Source of the DNA: Octopus vulgaris
Taxonomy: Eukaryota
Direction of reading: 5' to 3'
DNA: 64,000 bases
NCBI GenBank assembly: GCA_951406725.2
Contig: OX597829.1
Coordinates: forward strand, 55,738,001 to 55,802,000
Shown here: positions 46,450 through 60,799 of the stretch, piece after piece
Layout of the letters: each line of letters begins with the position of its first letter
Numbering within the stretch: position 1 is the first letter of the stretch
Made by a program: the position numbers and the translations under genes
Notes under the pieces: model-generated
Databases searched by the model: none
What the model was told of the DNA's origin: nothing
What the model saw: only the letters and a program-made list of their open reading frames with translations

Positions 46450-47720
46450 GAAATGTTCATCGCTAGTAAGCTTCTAACCCGAACCTTCATACTTCTGTAG
46501 ATATTTTAAATGTTCAGCAGATAGAGAAACATTATCATCAACTGGTACAGTATCAGTGGTAACCAGGGGTGGAAACTTCACCAACATCTGATGTCTTATA
46601 TTTGCTTGAGTAGCTTCAGTTTTCCAATGAATTGAGTAAAAGTGTTTACACAAGATACAATAAGCATTCTCTTTTCTATTTGGCCGCCAAATTAAACTTA
46701 TCACTTGACGTAAAATATGCTACACCAGCTGATATCTGTTCACCAAAATATCTCAAAATGCAACAAAGTCACAAAAGCGATTATTTTTTGTTAATATTGC
46801 AGCACACGGCGTCTGAAATCTCTGTCATCTTTCTGACGAAGTTTCTGAAAAGAACTCTTTGAAAATGCATTTAATTTGATAAAGGTGACACCAATTACTA
46901 CATCAGGATGTCCTTTATTGCGTTGTGAGAACAAACTTTGGGTACAGAATTTTAAAATTAACCATTGTATCTATCTATCTATCTTAGGAGTAACACCCTT
47001 TCTTTGACAGAATATTGGCTTTCTCAGTGGAATGTTGTTTTCTTTGATAAATTCTTAATGTCTATAAAATATGACTTCACGTTTCAAATTTGTTATATGC
47101 ATTTGTGTAAGAAGTATTTCTTTGTGGAGCCGATTCTGATTATTATTCTAAAAGCTAACATGCACCAGCAGTTCATCACGATTATCTCTTAAAGTGGTTT
47201 CATCGATTTTCAAAAAAAGCAAAAAAAAAAAAGCTGTTTTACTTGCAATTGTTCAAACTGTTTTACACACTCTCAGCAATTTCATTAACGTGCCTTGATG
47301 TTTACGAGTTGTTCAACTGATAATTTCATGTGCACTCTGCTTCATGACTGTGCAAAACACAGCAGATGACAGAGAAAAGTTTTATCATTATTATGCCGCT
47401 TTACTGGTCTTGTAATTTCCGAAGACATACCAGGGGACAAGTAAATAGTTGTTTGCTCCAGCTACTTTTTTGCCTTTATATTTAATTCAATGTTTACCAT
47501 GGTCAGAAATCGTCACTCACTTTTTTAGAAGTACTTTCAGTCTTTCCTATTATTGGGTTTTTGTCTCCAAACAATTTACTTGGTCGCATGCTGACACTTG
47601 AAAGTAATATCATAATATAAAACAAATTAGCTTTCAAATATCTTATAGTGACGGAATAAGCTGGTTGGCCAACTATTCAATGGAATATTGCCGATATTTA
47701 CCTTCAGTATACCATCCATG
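46450..47720 (-). mobile_element. Highly decayed hAT (Charlie/SCAND3-ZBED-like) transposase relic
   Basis: Collinear minus-strand fragments KYRQYSIE, MRPSKL, RHVNEIAESV, IDETTLRDNRDELLVHVSF, KENNIPL, FQKLRQKDDRDFRR resemble this family's motifs. Many stops; boundaries approximate. Confidence 0.55.
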
Positions 47721-48013
47721 GGTGATCTGTTATAACAAACAGAAATCAACTAAGATCAATAATCTGCTGAAATTATTAAAAATACAGCAATGGAATTATT
47801 CTAGCCTTTATATTACCAACTATTAAACATGAATTAAATATAATTTTGAGTTTATATATCCAAATTTTAAACTTAACACGCGAACTTTATATATACGAAA
47901 GGTTTATCAGCATTGTAATAGATTTAGAAGAACTTACCAAACCCCTGGGTAGCTCTTGCAGTTTCGGAGCGGGAGAAAGCATCTCTGATGTTTCTTAAAG
48001 CCACCCAGACACT

Positions 48014-48148
<135 letters not shown>

Positions 48149-49073
48149 TTTATTGTTCCGTTAAGGTAACATCAACAAAAAAGTACTCCAATTAGTGAAA
48201 GATAAATGTCCTTTAATGTACACTATATTGAAATAAGAGCAACTAACAATTCCTTGCCATTAAAATACATGATTTTTGGCACGTTATAAAAACTGCCTAA
48301 CAACGTGTCTTTATGACAAAATGTCATTAGTTGCTCCCCCAACACACAAATGCTGACATATCAACTACCATAAAACATAAGATCTTGGTTTAATAAAATT
48401 ATCCCTGCCTACAGAGGATGTATCAAAATTACCAAATGGTAATTAAGAACTGTTCCGCATAAGGAGAGATAAATTCAAGAATCAAGAATTTTCCGAAATT
48501 GACATGCTATCAAGGAAAAGAACAAGTCTAGGGACAAGTGAGCAGTCGTTATATATGCGTCACATATGCGTCACATATGTATTGGCGTCACATATGTCAC
48601 CACTACCTCAATTCTCCAGCCTTATCTCCAGTAACCAAAGCATTAGAACACATTTATAGCTTGCGTAATTTGCATATTTGAAACAAAAATGAGCTAAGAG
48701 AACTAAATCAGGGTGACTAGCGGCATGTATTTAAACAATAAATACAAATACATGTTTATCAAACGCCAAACAAAAAAGAAATATTTTATTTAATAAACTT
48801 TGTATTTATCTTTAGAGAATGCTTTTTTATCTTCAGTGATTCAGCATATCATGTTCCTTAATAGCATGACAACTTTGGAGAAATTTTGGAGCATTCTTGA
48901 ATGCTGAGATTATCTCCCCTTCTCAGTTGCCATTTGGTTATTGTGATATATTGACTAGAAGTAGAGATAGCGACTTATGTTGTATGATATTTGATGTGCG
49001 ATATTCTTGTATTTCTCTATGTTGTTCATGTATGTGCCAATGGCCTCTTGAATTATTTCGCTTAATACATTTT

Positions 49074-49120
<47 letters not shown>

Positions 49121-49124
<4 letters not shown>

Positions 49125-49316
49125 AATGTGACCGCGTGTGTACCGTTGGCGAATTTTTTTCCTCTGTCTCCCCTTCTCCTATGTTTCCGACGAAGAGCTC
49201 CGCTCGAAACATTAAACTCTCCTTCTTTCCTTCTTTCCTGAGCGTCCAATAATACTATATTTGTTCCACGTCCTCGCGTTGTTGTGTTTTTTTGTGCTTT
49301 CATGTTTGGATTAACT
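49121..49316 (+). mobile_element. ~200-bp island in (TA)n with a hammerhead-like motif (PLE 3'-end family D)
   Basis: GTTT-CCGACGAA-GAGC TCC GCTC-GAAACATT-AAAC at 49183-49217. Shares this and a downstream TTCCTGAGCG...TAATAC motif with 51177-51371. Confidence 0.55.
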
Positions 49317-49455
49317 ATATATATATATATACACGCATATATATAGAGAGAGATATACATATATATATATATACATATACATATACATATATATAAGTAT
49401 ATATATGTATATATATGTGTGTGTGTGTAATATTAGGTATGCATATAGGCAAGCA

Positions 49456-49515
<60 letters not shown>

Positions 49516-50873
49516 ACACATACATACACTCACACACACATACATATAGATAGATATACAGACGTAACAAAAAAAGAGCATTGTCAGAACTCTATTGTCG
49601 TTATTGTATCGATCTTAATTTCTATTAAATTTCTGAAGAGAATGGCAGTGATGTCCGTCCATGATGCCCACCTATGATGTCCTTTAGGAGTGATATTCTG
49701 GATGGATCATTCTATCAACATGAAAACCGAACAATATGGAATATTCTTTTTTCTTTTTAACTGATGATAATCCATTCCATGAGGTGCCAAGTACAACGAT
49801 CTTTATTTGATAGTTCCACACAATCTTCTTGTTTATATTCTGGGTCTTATGTGTCGCCATACCGTCTACATCAACGGAATTTTTAACTCCTACGTTTATT
49901 GTACATATTTTTTTTTATTATATATATAGATAGAGAGAAAGAAACAGCACAAATATGTAAGTATATATATAAATCTATATATATCTATACCTAGATTCTC
50001 TATGTTACACCAAAGTCTTCTCTAAACCCAACAAGTAGCTTATTCTCCTTATTGAATAGAGAGCTGAGATAAAACAATACCTTTTAGTTGAAAGAAAATA
50101 ATAATAAAATGCACTTGGATGAAACAAAGATTAGTAATTTTTGATGTCCAGTATTGTATTCTCTTGGTCTTCTGATGTTGCAAACCTCCACCCCACCCGA
50201 TAAGCATAGTTAAATGTTATTGTTTCTATGTGGTGTTTTGTATTTTAGTTTTAGTTGTTAGATATTGTGTAGTAGTTAACTTTTGTAATATTCAATATGT
50301 ATGCTGTTGATTAGCACAGAGAAATATATGTGACAAAGTTTTCGTACATGTAGCAGTTAGACTTGAGTGTAACATCCACGTAATTATTTGTGATCCCTGT
50401 CAGACCATTTCTCTTTTTGCGTGACGGTCTGAGCCTGTGTGTCCTCCACTCCATCGAAAAAACATTGCCGTAGAATACATGAGAATATACGCTGTGTGGT
50501 AGGTTCTATATTATTGAGTGACACTTGCATATCACCATCGTCGTCACCACCACCACCACCACCACCACCACCACCACCACCACCACCACTATCCTCCTCC
50601 ACCTCCTCCTCCTCCACCGCCTCCTCCTCGTCGTTGTCGTCGTCACCATCATCATGCTTTTAATAGTTTCATAAAAGTTTTTACTGGTCAACCAAGGAAA
50701 CATGCGAGTTACTGAAGAGCGACCAGAATTGCATTCTGGGGGATATAGTCATTATATTTGCATTTCGTCTGTTTCGTTTTTTTGTGTGTGTGTATTATAT
50801 ATATATATATGTATGTATGTGTATATATATATATAAATGAAAGAATGGAGTTGAACGACGATTTAACAAAATT

Positions 50874-50968
50874 CCTTTATTCTCGACATATGTTTCGAAG
50901 GCTGCATATTCCTAATTTCGAAGGAATAAGGGGTGCATTATGCCGCCTTCTCATCAGGAAAAACAAGG
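50874..50968 (-). ncRNA. Type I hammerhead with extended stem II, in an island (about 50836-51030) flanked by (TA)n
   Basis: Minus strand CCTTGTTTTTC-CTGATGA-GAAGGCGGCATA...TATGCAGCCTTC-GAAA-CATATG-TC-GAGAATAAAGG. Canonical core, palindromic stem III, GUC site. Confidence 0.8.
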
Positions 50969-51028
50969 AACTTATGTCAGCATCATCGGTTAACCGAATT
51001 ATCCATACTAAGATAATTCATTCAACTA

Positions 51029-51165
<137 letters not shown>

Positions 51166-51176
51166 TCACACACACT

Positions 51177-51371
51177 TCGTTAGCTACTGCATTTTTTTCT
51201 CTCCTTCTTTCTGTGTTTTTCTCTCTCTGTGTATCTTTCTGTTGAAGAGCGTAGGCTCGAAACGTTAAAGACTTGTTTTATTTATATTTCCTGAGCGCCA
51301 TACTAATACAATTGTTCGTTTGTTTTCCACCTGCCTTCGTCTTTTGTTTATTTTCATAAAGCTTCCCGTTA
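51177..51371 (+). mobile_element. Family D island with a hammerhead-like motif
   Basis: TCTTT-CTGTTGAA-GAGC GTAG GCTC-GAAACGTT-AAAGA at 51234-51271. Ends in (TA)n. Confidence 0.55.
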
Positions 51372-51786
51372 TATATATATACATATACAGTCAACAGGTG
51401 AGAATAAGAAAGCTCAATCTAGAAAACACAAGAAAACACATTGTAGAGCTCAACTGATCTGAACTTACATTCTGGACTCTTTATCAGCGACTAAGCTCAT
51501 GGGGTGAAGAGTGGCTATGAGAAAAATCCAGGCGAGCTGATATGGAGATAGTGATGCAGATAAACATGATTAGGCTACATATATATATAAATATACATAC
51601 ATAACGTATACACATATAGGTAATACATACCTATATGTGTATACGTATGTATGTATACATACGTATATGAAAAATATCCAGAAGGTAAACAATCTATGTA
51701 TAATGATTTAGATATTTTTGACAAATTTACATGGAGTTTAAAAAATACAGTTTTCTGTAAATTTATTTATCAATATATACAAATAG

Positions 51787-51937
51787 TTTACGTTCTGAGT
51801 TCAAATTCCGCCGAGGTCGACTTTGCCTTTCATCCTTTCGGGGTCGACAAATTAAGTACCAGCTGCGTACTGGGGTCGAGCTAATCGACTGGCCCGCTCA
51901 TCCAAAATTCCGGGCCTTGTGCCTAAAGTAGAAAAGT
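51787..51937 (+). mobile_element. Family B SINE, 5'-truncated
   Basis: TTACGTTCTGAGTTCAAATTCCGCCGAGGTCGACTTTGCCTTTCATCC... Confidence 0.85.
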
Positions 51938-52061
51938 ATATATACAAATATCTATATGTTTGTACAAAAGTGCTTATCATCAGAATATTTTTAGGTTTTG
52001 TATATCCCTATATAGATCTACATGTGTATAGATATGCATATATATTTATATATACCAAGTC

Positions 52062-52572
52062 TATAGTGCCGGGCTGACCAAAGCATTGTGAGTGGATTTG
52101 GTAGACGGAAACTGATAAAAGCCCGTTGTATGTATGTGTGTATGTATGTATTTGTGTATGCGTATATGCATGTATGTATGTACGTATGTATGTATTTGTG
52201 TATGCGTATATGTATGTATGTATGTATGTATATATGTATGTATGTATATATGTATGTGTGTATGTATGTATGTATGTATGTGTGTGTGTATGTATGTATG
52301 TATGTATGTATGTATGTATGTGTGTATGTATGTATGTGTGTATGTATGTATGTATGCATGTATGTATCTGTGTGCGTGTGTCTGTGTCTGTATTTGTCCC
52401 CATATCATCGCTTTACAACCGGCGTTACTCCCCGTAACTCAGCGGTTCGGCAAAAGTAAAACGATAGAACAAGTGTTAGTATTAAAAAGAAACTCCTGTG
52501 TTTGATTTGTTTGACTAAAACCCCTCAATGCGGTGTCCCAGCATGGCCGCACTCAAATGACTGAAACAAGTA
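52062..52572 (+). mobile_element. SINE family A with an expanded central (TATG)n
   Basis: Partial head, ~260-bp microsatellite, tail. Confidence 0.8.
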
Positions 52573-53132
52573 AATAAGATGAAAATAATAAGATAGAAGT
52601 AATAATAATTGACAATTGGCCACAAGGGCCGCAAAATACATTTGGGACAATGCAAGCCCAATGATTCCCTTATTAACCTCAAAAGAGTTTTATAATTATA
52701 AGAACAAAACAAAACATTAATGAATGCAAATTACGAAAGTAAAATAACAATAGAACCACACCCAGAAGAAGGAGAAGAACGTAAAGGCCGCGAGAAAGAA
52801 AGAAAGAAAAGGAAAGGAAGGAACGAAGGAAAACAGGAAGGAAAGAAAGAATGGAAGAAAGAAAGAAAGAAGGAAAGAACATAGCCGATCAGAAAAAAAA
52901 AAGGATAGACCTCTCCCCATCATTGATAGATTTATAGTATTCGAACTGTAAAAAAATATGACTTGGCAGGGCTCGGATCGATTAGTTGAAGAAGGTTGAA
53001 TGAAGAACAGGCTCGTGCTGCCACGCGTTCACACATCCATTTAGACGTGCACAAACACGCACGCGCACACACATACAGGCCCAGACATAGACACTCCTGC
53101 GTGAAGAGTCAGAAACGAACGTACAATAAACA

Positions 53133-53723
53133 TTTCTTCTTCTTCTTCTTCTTCTTCTTCTTCTTCTTCTTCTTCTTCTTCTTCTTCCTTCTTCTTCTTC
53201 TTCTTCTTCTCCTTCTTCTTCTTCTTCTTCTTCTTCTTCTTCTTCTTCTTCTTCTCCTTCTTCTTCTTCTTCTTCTCCTTCTTCTTCGTCTTCTTCTTCT
53301 TCTTCTTCTTCTTCTTCTCCTTCTTCTTCTTCTTCTTCTTCTTCTTCTTCTTCTTCTTCTTCTCCTTCTTCTTCTTCGTCTTCTTCTTCGTCTTCTTCTT
53401 CTTCTTCTTCTTCTTCTTCTTCTTCTTCTTCGTCTTCTTCTTCTTCTTCTTCTTCTTCTTCTTCTTCTTCTTCTTCTTCTTCTTCTTCGTCTTCTTCTTC
53501 GTCTTCTTCTTCTTCTTCTTCTTCTTCTTCGTCTTCTTCTTCTTCGTCTTCTTCTTCTTCTTCTTCTTCTTCTTCTCTTCTTCTTCTTCTTCTTCTTCTT
53601 CTTCTTCTTCTTCTTCTTCTTCTTCTTCGTCTTCTTCTTCTTCTTCTTCTTCCTCTTCTCCTTCTTCTTCTTCTTCTTCTTCTTCTTCTTCTTCTTCTTC
53701 TTCTTCTTCTTCTTCTTCTTCTT

Positions 53724-53752
<29 letters not shown>
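53133..53752. repeat. ~620-bp (TTC)n/(GAA)n array
   Basis: Direct reading, with CTC/GTC interruptions. Confidence 0.97.
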
Positions 53753-53754
<2 letters not shown>

Positions 53755-54579
53755 ACACCGACAGCAAAAACGTCCAACTTACTGTTGTTTGAGGTCTCTG
53801 GGTGAGGCTTTGAACGGATCGTGTTAAACAAAGCAATAAGTACAACGAAAACACAACAACAACGATTTTGATAATCACAAAAATAACGATAAAAGCAAAA
53901 AAGTTCGTTAAGTCAAATTCGGCAAAGTATTAGCAGAGATTACATCAACTCCAGCCTCTGTAAGAAATCGTCTGTAGAGTATAATCATAGCAGAACGATA
54001 TATATATATATCGGCGAGGTCAGACATGTTAAGGCTGGTGCTGCAAATGAAGAATACAAAATTCTGTCTGTTTCGTGTATTTGAAGATCAATAATGAATG
54101 CAAAGCATATGATAACAAGAGTAAGATTTCTACTAAGAAATGTCTTGGCTAGGCAAAACGAGCGAACACATACCCATGGAAAGAACAACAGAAATGTAAA
54201 AGTTGAGAATTCCAAAATGAGTAATTCGATGTAGGAACAGGATACCTAGCAACATCCTACACGCACCAATACGAGAAAGTATTGGGTGAGATATCACCAC
54301 AGCATGTTGGGCAAGAGCCGAAAACAAGCCTATCCCGTCCTCCCTCTACTTTTAAGTAAGTGCTTAAGGCAGGCTAATACCATTTTCAGTCCCTCCTTGA
54401 AACAAAGGGCGCAAGAACGTTTCCCTCACTAGTATGGCCAGGCATTTTTCGTCAACGACAATTTAAACTATCGTCTGGTGGACTCCGTTAGTAAATTTGG
54501 GTAAAATTTATTATTATGAGTCTCTACCCAGCATTTATGCACCGCATGGATCTGAATACAGGGGCTGGTTGGTAATGGG

Positions 54580-54809
54580 GCGGCGAGCTGGCAGAAACGT
54601 TAGCACGCCGGGCGAAATGCGTAGCCGTATTTCGTCTGTCGTTACGTTCTGAGTTCAAATTCCGCCGAGGTCGACCTTGCCTTTCATCCTTTCGGGGTCG
54701 ATAAATTAAGTATCAGTTGCGCACTGGGGTCGATGTAATCGACTTGATACCTATGTCTGTCTTTGTTTGTCCCCTCTAATATTAGCCCCTTGTGGGTAGT
54801 AAAGAAATA
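54580..54809 (+). mobile_element. Family B SINE (long-tail subtype) with a 9-bp TSD
   Basis: GGTAATGGG at 54571-54579 and 54810-54818. Confidence 0.88.
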
Positions 54810-55134
54810 GGTAATGGGAAATTCAGCGGGAGCCCTACAGTTAAAACTCGTGGGCGGAGAACCAAGAAACAAGAGTTCAATCATCAACTTTTATATGCAC
54901 ACATACATAGATGCATACATACTCACATGCATGCATGTATGCATACATATATACGTATATACATAAATCCATCCACACACACACACATATACATGAATAA
55001 ATACATCCACCCATACATACATACATACATACATACACTTACATACACATACACGCACACACTCATACTTACGTACATACATACGTATAATTACATACAT
55101 ATATATGTGTATTCAGGTAAAGTATGCATATGTT

Positions 55135-55169
<35 letters not shown>

Positions 55170-55462
55170 GGTCAAGGTGCGTGATAGGGTGGTCAAAGAT
55201 ATTCAGTTGACAATCGTAGGGTAGTGAGTTTGATCCCCCAGCAGTGCGTTGTGTCTTTCGGCCAGACACTATTTCACGTCGCCGCAGTCCATTCGGCCGG
55301 CAAAACTCAGTCGTACCGTAATCCAAGGGACCCAGCTTTGTCACAGTCTGTGTCATGCTGGAGGAACTCCCTCAGAACAGTACACGTGTCTCTGCGGTGT
55401 GCGCAATTAATTTCACGAGTTGGATGTTCCGTTGATCGGATCTACTGGAACACTTGTCGTAA
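55170..55462 (+). mobile_element. Diverged tRNA/CORE-like SINE
   Basis: tRNA-like head (GAGTTTGATCCCC) followed by GCGTTGTGTCTTTCGGCCAGACACTATTTCAC. Confidence 0.5.
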
Positions 55463-55469
55463 TATACAC

Positions 55470-56073
<604 letters not shown>

Positions 56074-58203
56074 TTTAAACAAAAAAAAAAATGACTACAT
56101 GCACACACGCACATATGAATATGTGAATCATTAGAGAAACGTGAAGGCAGTTTGATTATTCTTTCCGCTGGGAAACTTTTAAAACCATGAAATTACGCTT
56201 TCTCACCCCGTTTTCCACTTACCTATTATACACGAGTGAATATATATTCATTTATATATATATACATATATACATAATTTACGTATATATGTGTATATAC
56301 GTATGTATGTGTTTACATATATTTACATACACACACATATATACAAACACACAGGCACTCATATAAATATGCATGTGTATGTGTGTGTGTGTGTGTATGT
56401 GTGTGAGTATATGCGTGTGTCTGTGTGTATTTTTACAAAACTGCTTGATATGTGACACTCCTGTGCATTAGAAAGCAGCCATTTTCATCATCTCTAAAAA
56501 AAAAATACCCCACTTTTCTTTTGTTTGTTTGTTTGTTTGTTGTTTACCCACAGTTCAGTTCTGCTCCATCTATGATGGAGGACATTTCGTCCTTGAGTAT
56601 CTCTCTCCATCCGGGTACAGTGCTGCTGTCAGCAGAGAGATTTTTTGTTATTTAGATAGAGGCATTTCTTTCATCTCGTTCAGTTAGTTAACGTCATTAA
56701 TATTCGTTCATTTTAATTTTTTTAAACCAAGTTTGTATGAAAGATGTAAAGTATTGGGCCGTATTTATTGTTGAAATACATTAAAACAACTGTATTTTAA
56801 AAATTGATCTTTGTTTTCTGTCATTTAAGTTCTCTCTTAATGTTTAATAAATTAGGCACACCGAATCGAGTTAACAGCTCATGGCTAATAAACAGTCATA
56901 TTCTGAAATTTCGTTGTATAATCCGACTGTTAACAACAATTACTGGATTAGTTTACAGATTAATACATATGGTCCTAACTATTTCTGTTTTAGCAATGTA
57001 GATTAAGTTAATGAAATGAATTAATTATTTATTTTATAGGAAAATATATTAAATCATTCATTATTTGAGCTAAAAATAGAAACAATATTAAACTATGGCA
57101 TAAAATTTAGATTATAAATAGCAATGAATAATGATTATGAAGGAGAGTAAAATAGGCAACAGTCAAGCGTTATAGAATTTTACCTACAATTATTTAAGAG
57201 AGAAAATATCTACAAATGTTATTATTCCTTGATAGATTTGACGATTATTTCAGTAGAAAAGGGTCACAGACAATAATTCCTAACAAAAAAATACATTTAA
57301 AATGTATTTATCAAATATATGCTCTAGTTATAAACCGTTACATATTCGGATGAAATAATCCTGGCAAACTCGCTGATCAGATTATCATTCGGCTGGGAAG
57401 TAGATTTGATTTCCAAATCTGTTAACATTATTATTTCTTTCTTTTTTTTTTTAGCTTTTTAGCTTTATTTGTAGATACTGCTTTGCTAGATTATCGATAT
57501 CAAGTCTGGTCAAAATTAACTTGAAATATATGGTAACTTTGTTTAAGTCAATGATTTTATCTAATTTTATAACGCGTTCGGAATTATGGTTTAAATTATT
57601 TAGAAACAAAAGTAGATTTCAAAGTTTCACATTTGAATAATTCTTTTGTTTACGAATTAACATATATGGGTTTCGCTTAAACCTGAATCTCTGTAACAAG
57701 TTTGTACAAGAGACTTATCGAACGTGCAATGTGACAGTTTATTCCGAATCGCTGAACAAGGTTGAATCATTCAGTCTGTTAATACAGTACTTAATTGGCA
57801 TGCCGTTTGTCATCAGCCGCCACTGTCAGCGCAGCAGCAGCAGCAGATATCCAATAGAACTGACATTGATTTATCTTTCAAACGCGTTACTATATTTCTG
57901 TGATGAAAATTCAATCGAGGCTTTCATTCTCTCCCTCTTTCCCTCTCTCTCTCCCCTTTTCTCTTTCTCTCGCTCCCTCTTTCTCTCTATCTTCTCTCTC
58001 TTTTTCTATTTCTATCTCTCTCTCTTCCTCTACGTCTCTTTCACTATCTCTCTTTGTCTATCTCCTTCCCCCTCTCTCTCCTATGCATACAAATATGCAT
58101 ATATAGGATACATATGCATAAATATATGTACGTACACACACACACACACACATATAGATGCTATATATACACATGTATACAACACACACGCGCACAAAAC
58201 GAT

Positions 58204-58324
<121 letters not shown>

Positions 58325-58412
58325 AAGATAGATATATGGATAGATGGATAGATAGATAGATAGAGATAGAGAGATAGACAAACATAGAGAAGAGCAGAAG
58401 GCAGTCAGACAG

Positions 58413-58519
<107 letters not shown>

Positions 58520-58588
58520 CAGTTAGATACATGCATACTTACAGAGAAAGAAAGATAGATAGACAAATAGACAGACAGACAGGGAGAC

Positions 58589-58658
<70 letters not shown>

Positions 58659-58837
58659 GAAGAAAGATAGATAGAAAGATAGATAGATAGATAGATTGAT
58701 AGATAGAAAGCCAAGATAAATACATCGTAATTTACTGTACATAAACAATATTATCCCAGCCTGCTGTTATCATAATATCCTACGTTTCATACTCGTACGG
58801 TTTCCACTGAAGACAAAACTAAAAGATTACATAGTTA

Positions 58838-59238
58838 CAAGGTGTGTTCGAAACGTATCCGAATGTTATTTTTTCTCGCCAAAACTAATACCGCATGGGC
58901 AAAATCTTTTGGGTGGAAAGTGACGCCACTCTTCCTGTGTATGAGCAAAAATTTGCGCGCCGGTAGGCCACATGAGTTCCCGGATGTTATTCATGTTGCA
59001 CAGACGTTTAGTGTGCGCTCGTGAGATTTTCGTTTTTACGCAAAATGATTGAACGCATAGTGTAGAAATATTGCTTCAAGTTTTGCCAAAAGCTTGGTGA
59101 CACTCAAACTCAAACCATCCAGAATATTCAGCTGGCCTTTGGCGATGATACCATGGACAAAACTGGATAAAAGAGTGGTACAACTGCTTCAGTGCTTCAG
59201 ATATGGCCGCAGTGGAAAGCGAGCCACGCTCAGGCAAA
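58838..59238 (+). mobile_element. 5' fragment of a mariner transposon
   Basis: TA|CAAGGTGTGTTCGAAACGTATCCG end. From 59045: MIERIV*KYCFKFCQKLGDTQTQTIQNIQLAFGDDTM (HTH). Confidence 0.75.
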
Positions 59239-59501
59239 TGTATATATATATATATGTGTGTATGTGTATGTGTGTGTGTAACAAACTAAGGAAAGAAATT
59301 CCTTTAAAGGGGTGTGTAAAACATCCAATTCACTGGTACGTCAGTTGAATACCACAGAAATAGGATTTGAAATACAAATTACAAACAATAAATTAGAGAA
59401 ATTCAATTGATAATCCAAAAATTTATTTATATCACAATATAACATAATATACTATGAATATAACATGAAAAAAGTTATTAAAAAACATAAAACGCCAACA
59501 A

Positions 59502-60038
59502 TTTGTTTCGGCTTATATACATTATTTGATTCATAAACAATTCATAACCATGTCTCTTCAGGGTTTTGGTTCGAAAGGCAAACGAAAGAACGGTCAGATT
59601 GTAAAAAAAAAACAACAAAAGAACAAAAGAAAAGAAAAAAATGATTCATATATATTTCTATATATCTCAAGTAATATTAATCCAAATTCGTTTAGGTCGA
59701 AGACAATCTTTGGCTATTTTAATAACATACAACTACAATATATAAGTATATAAATGAATTTGGATTAATATTATTTGAGATATATAGAAATGTATTTCGA
59801 TTGTTGTAGATTCTATTTAATTATTTTGTCCGTTATGATTTTTAAAAAATTGTACTCGTTATGCAGTTGAAAATGTAACGCTCGCGCTCCTAAACATAGA
59901 TATTTTAATCAATGTTTTACAACGTGGCCGTATTTCAAACGGAATTTCGTCTGTCTTTTGAACCAAAACCCCGAAGAGACTTATATACATCGATATGAAT
60001 TATATATAAGTCAAATAATGTATATAAGTCTAAACAAA
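59502..60038. repeat. Diverged nested fold-back with hammerhead relics in both outer arms
   Basis: Outer arms 59502-59587 / 59945-60038 and inner arms 59654-59694 / 59751-59791. CCGAAGA-GACTTATATACAT...ATGTATATAAGTC-TAAAC on +; CTGAAGA...GAAAC on -. Confidence 0.65.
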
Positions 60039-60396
60039 GGCCATGTTAGCCTCATGAAGGGACGGTGTCATCCAAGGAAATACTGGTACAATACCTAATA
60101 TTTTGGGGGAATTAATTTTCTTAAAACAATAGGTGTGTATATAAAGCCATATAGTTTATATTCATATAAAAGAAGGAAAAGAAAATGGAGATTGGGAAGT
60201 AACTCGTTTATAAGTAATAACAAATGATGATGATTGATTTGTTGTTGATAATAAACAGTTATCATCTCCCCAGTCTCCATTTTCTTTTTCTTCTTCTTAT
60301 ATATATATATGGTGCTATTAAGTTAGACATGGCCTGGGCCAATAATGGCCGAAACCTATCAAAGTATCAAAGTATCAAAGTATATATATATATATA

Positions 60397-60672
60397 TATA
60401 TTATATTAAATTAGAGACAAAACCACTATTAGGCAAATCATACAATGAAAAACCTAAGCCAATACATAATTATATTTTTTTAATAATTTTGTTATATATT
60501 TAAATAATATAAATTAAATAATTTATGTATTGACTTAAGTCTTTCATTGTATGATTTGCCTAATAGTGGTTTTGTCTCTAATTTAATATAATATAATATT
60601 TTACTATAAAATTGGATTCAATCCTAAATCTGATTTTTCCTTGTAAGTTTGGATTTATTCCCTAATATTTAT
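60397..60672. repeat. Fold-back (73-bp arms with a few mismatches, 53-nt spacer) plus a ~75-nt tail, inside (TA)n
   Basis: 60397-60469 versus 60523-60595. Confidence 0.85.
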
Positions 60673-60799
60673 TATATATATATATATGTATGTATGTGTA
60701 TAAAAATATACATACATACATACATACATACATACATACATACATACATACATACATACATACATACATGCATACACACACACACACATATATACATAA

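Noticed and set aside
48551-48600. Repeated GCGTCACATAT (CRE-like half sites) and the 26-bp tandem at 15970-16020
   Set aside because: Short local slippage duplications with no support for function.
48880-48990. FLNAEIISPSQLPFGYCD as the next eag exon
   Set aside because: Only superficial similarity to FLLANAQIVDxPIVYCN. This region of EAG is highly conserved, and no fitting splice sites are present.
51388-51580. Island with minus-strand CTGATAAA as a possible hammerhead
   Set aside because: No GAAA or consistent stems found.
52982-53878. Poly-E/R/K/L ORFs, and the poly-I/N ORFs at 20567-22198
   Set aside because: Trinucleotide repeat translations.
60310-60380. GGCC-AATAAT-GGCC-GAAAC hammerhead-like fragment between TA tracts
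   Set aside because: No complete CUGANGA core or convincing stems I and III; too degenerate to call.
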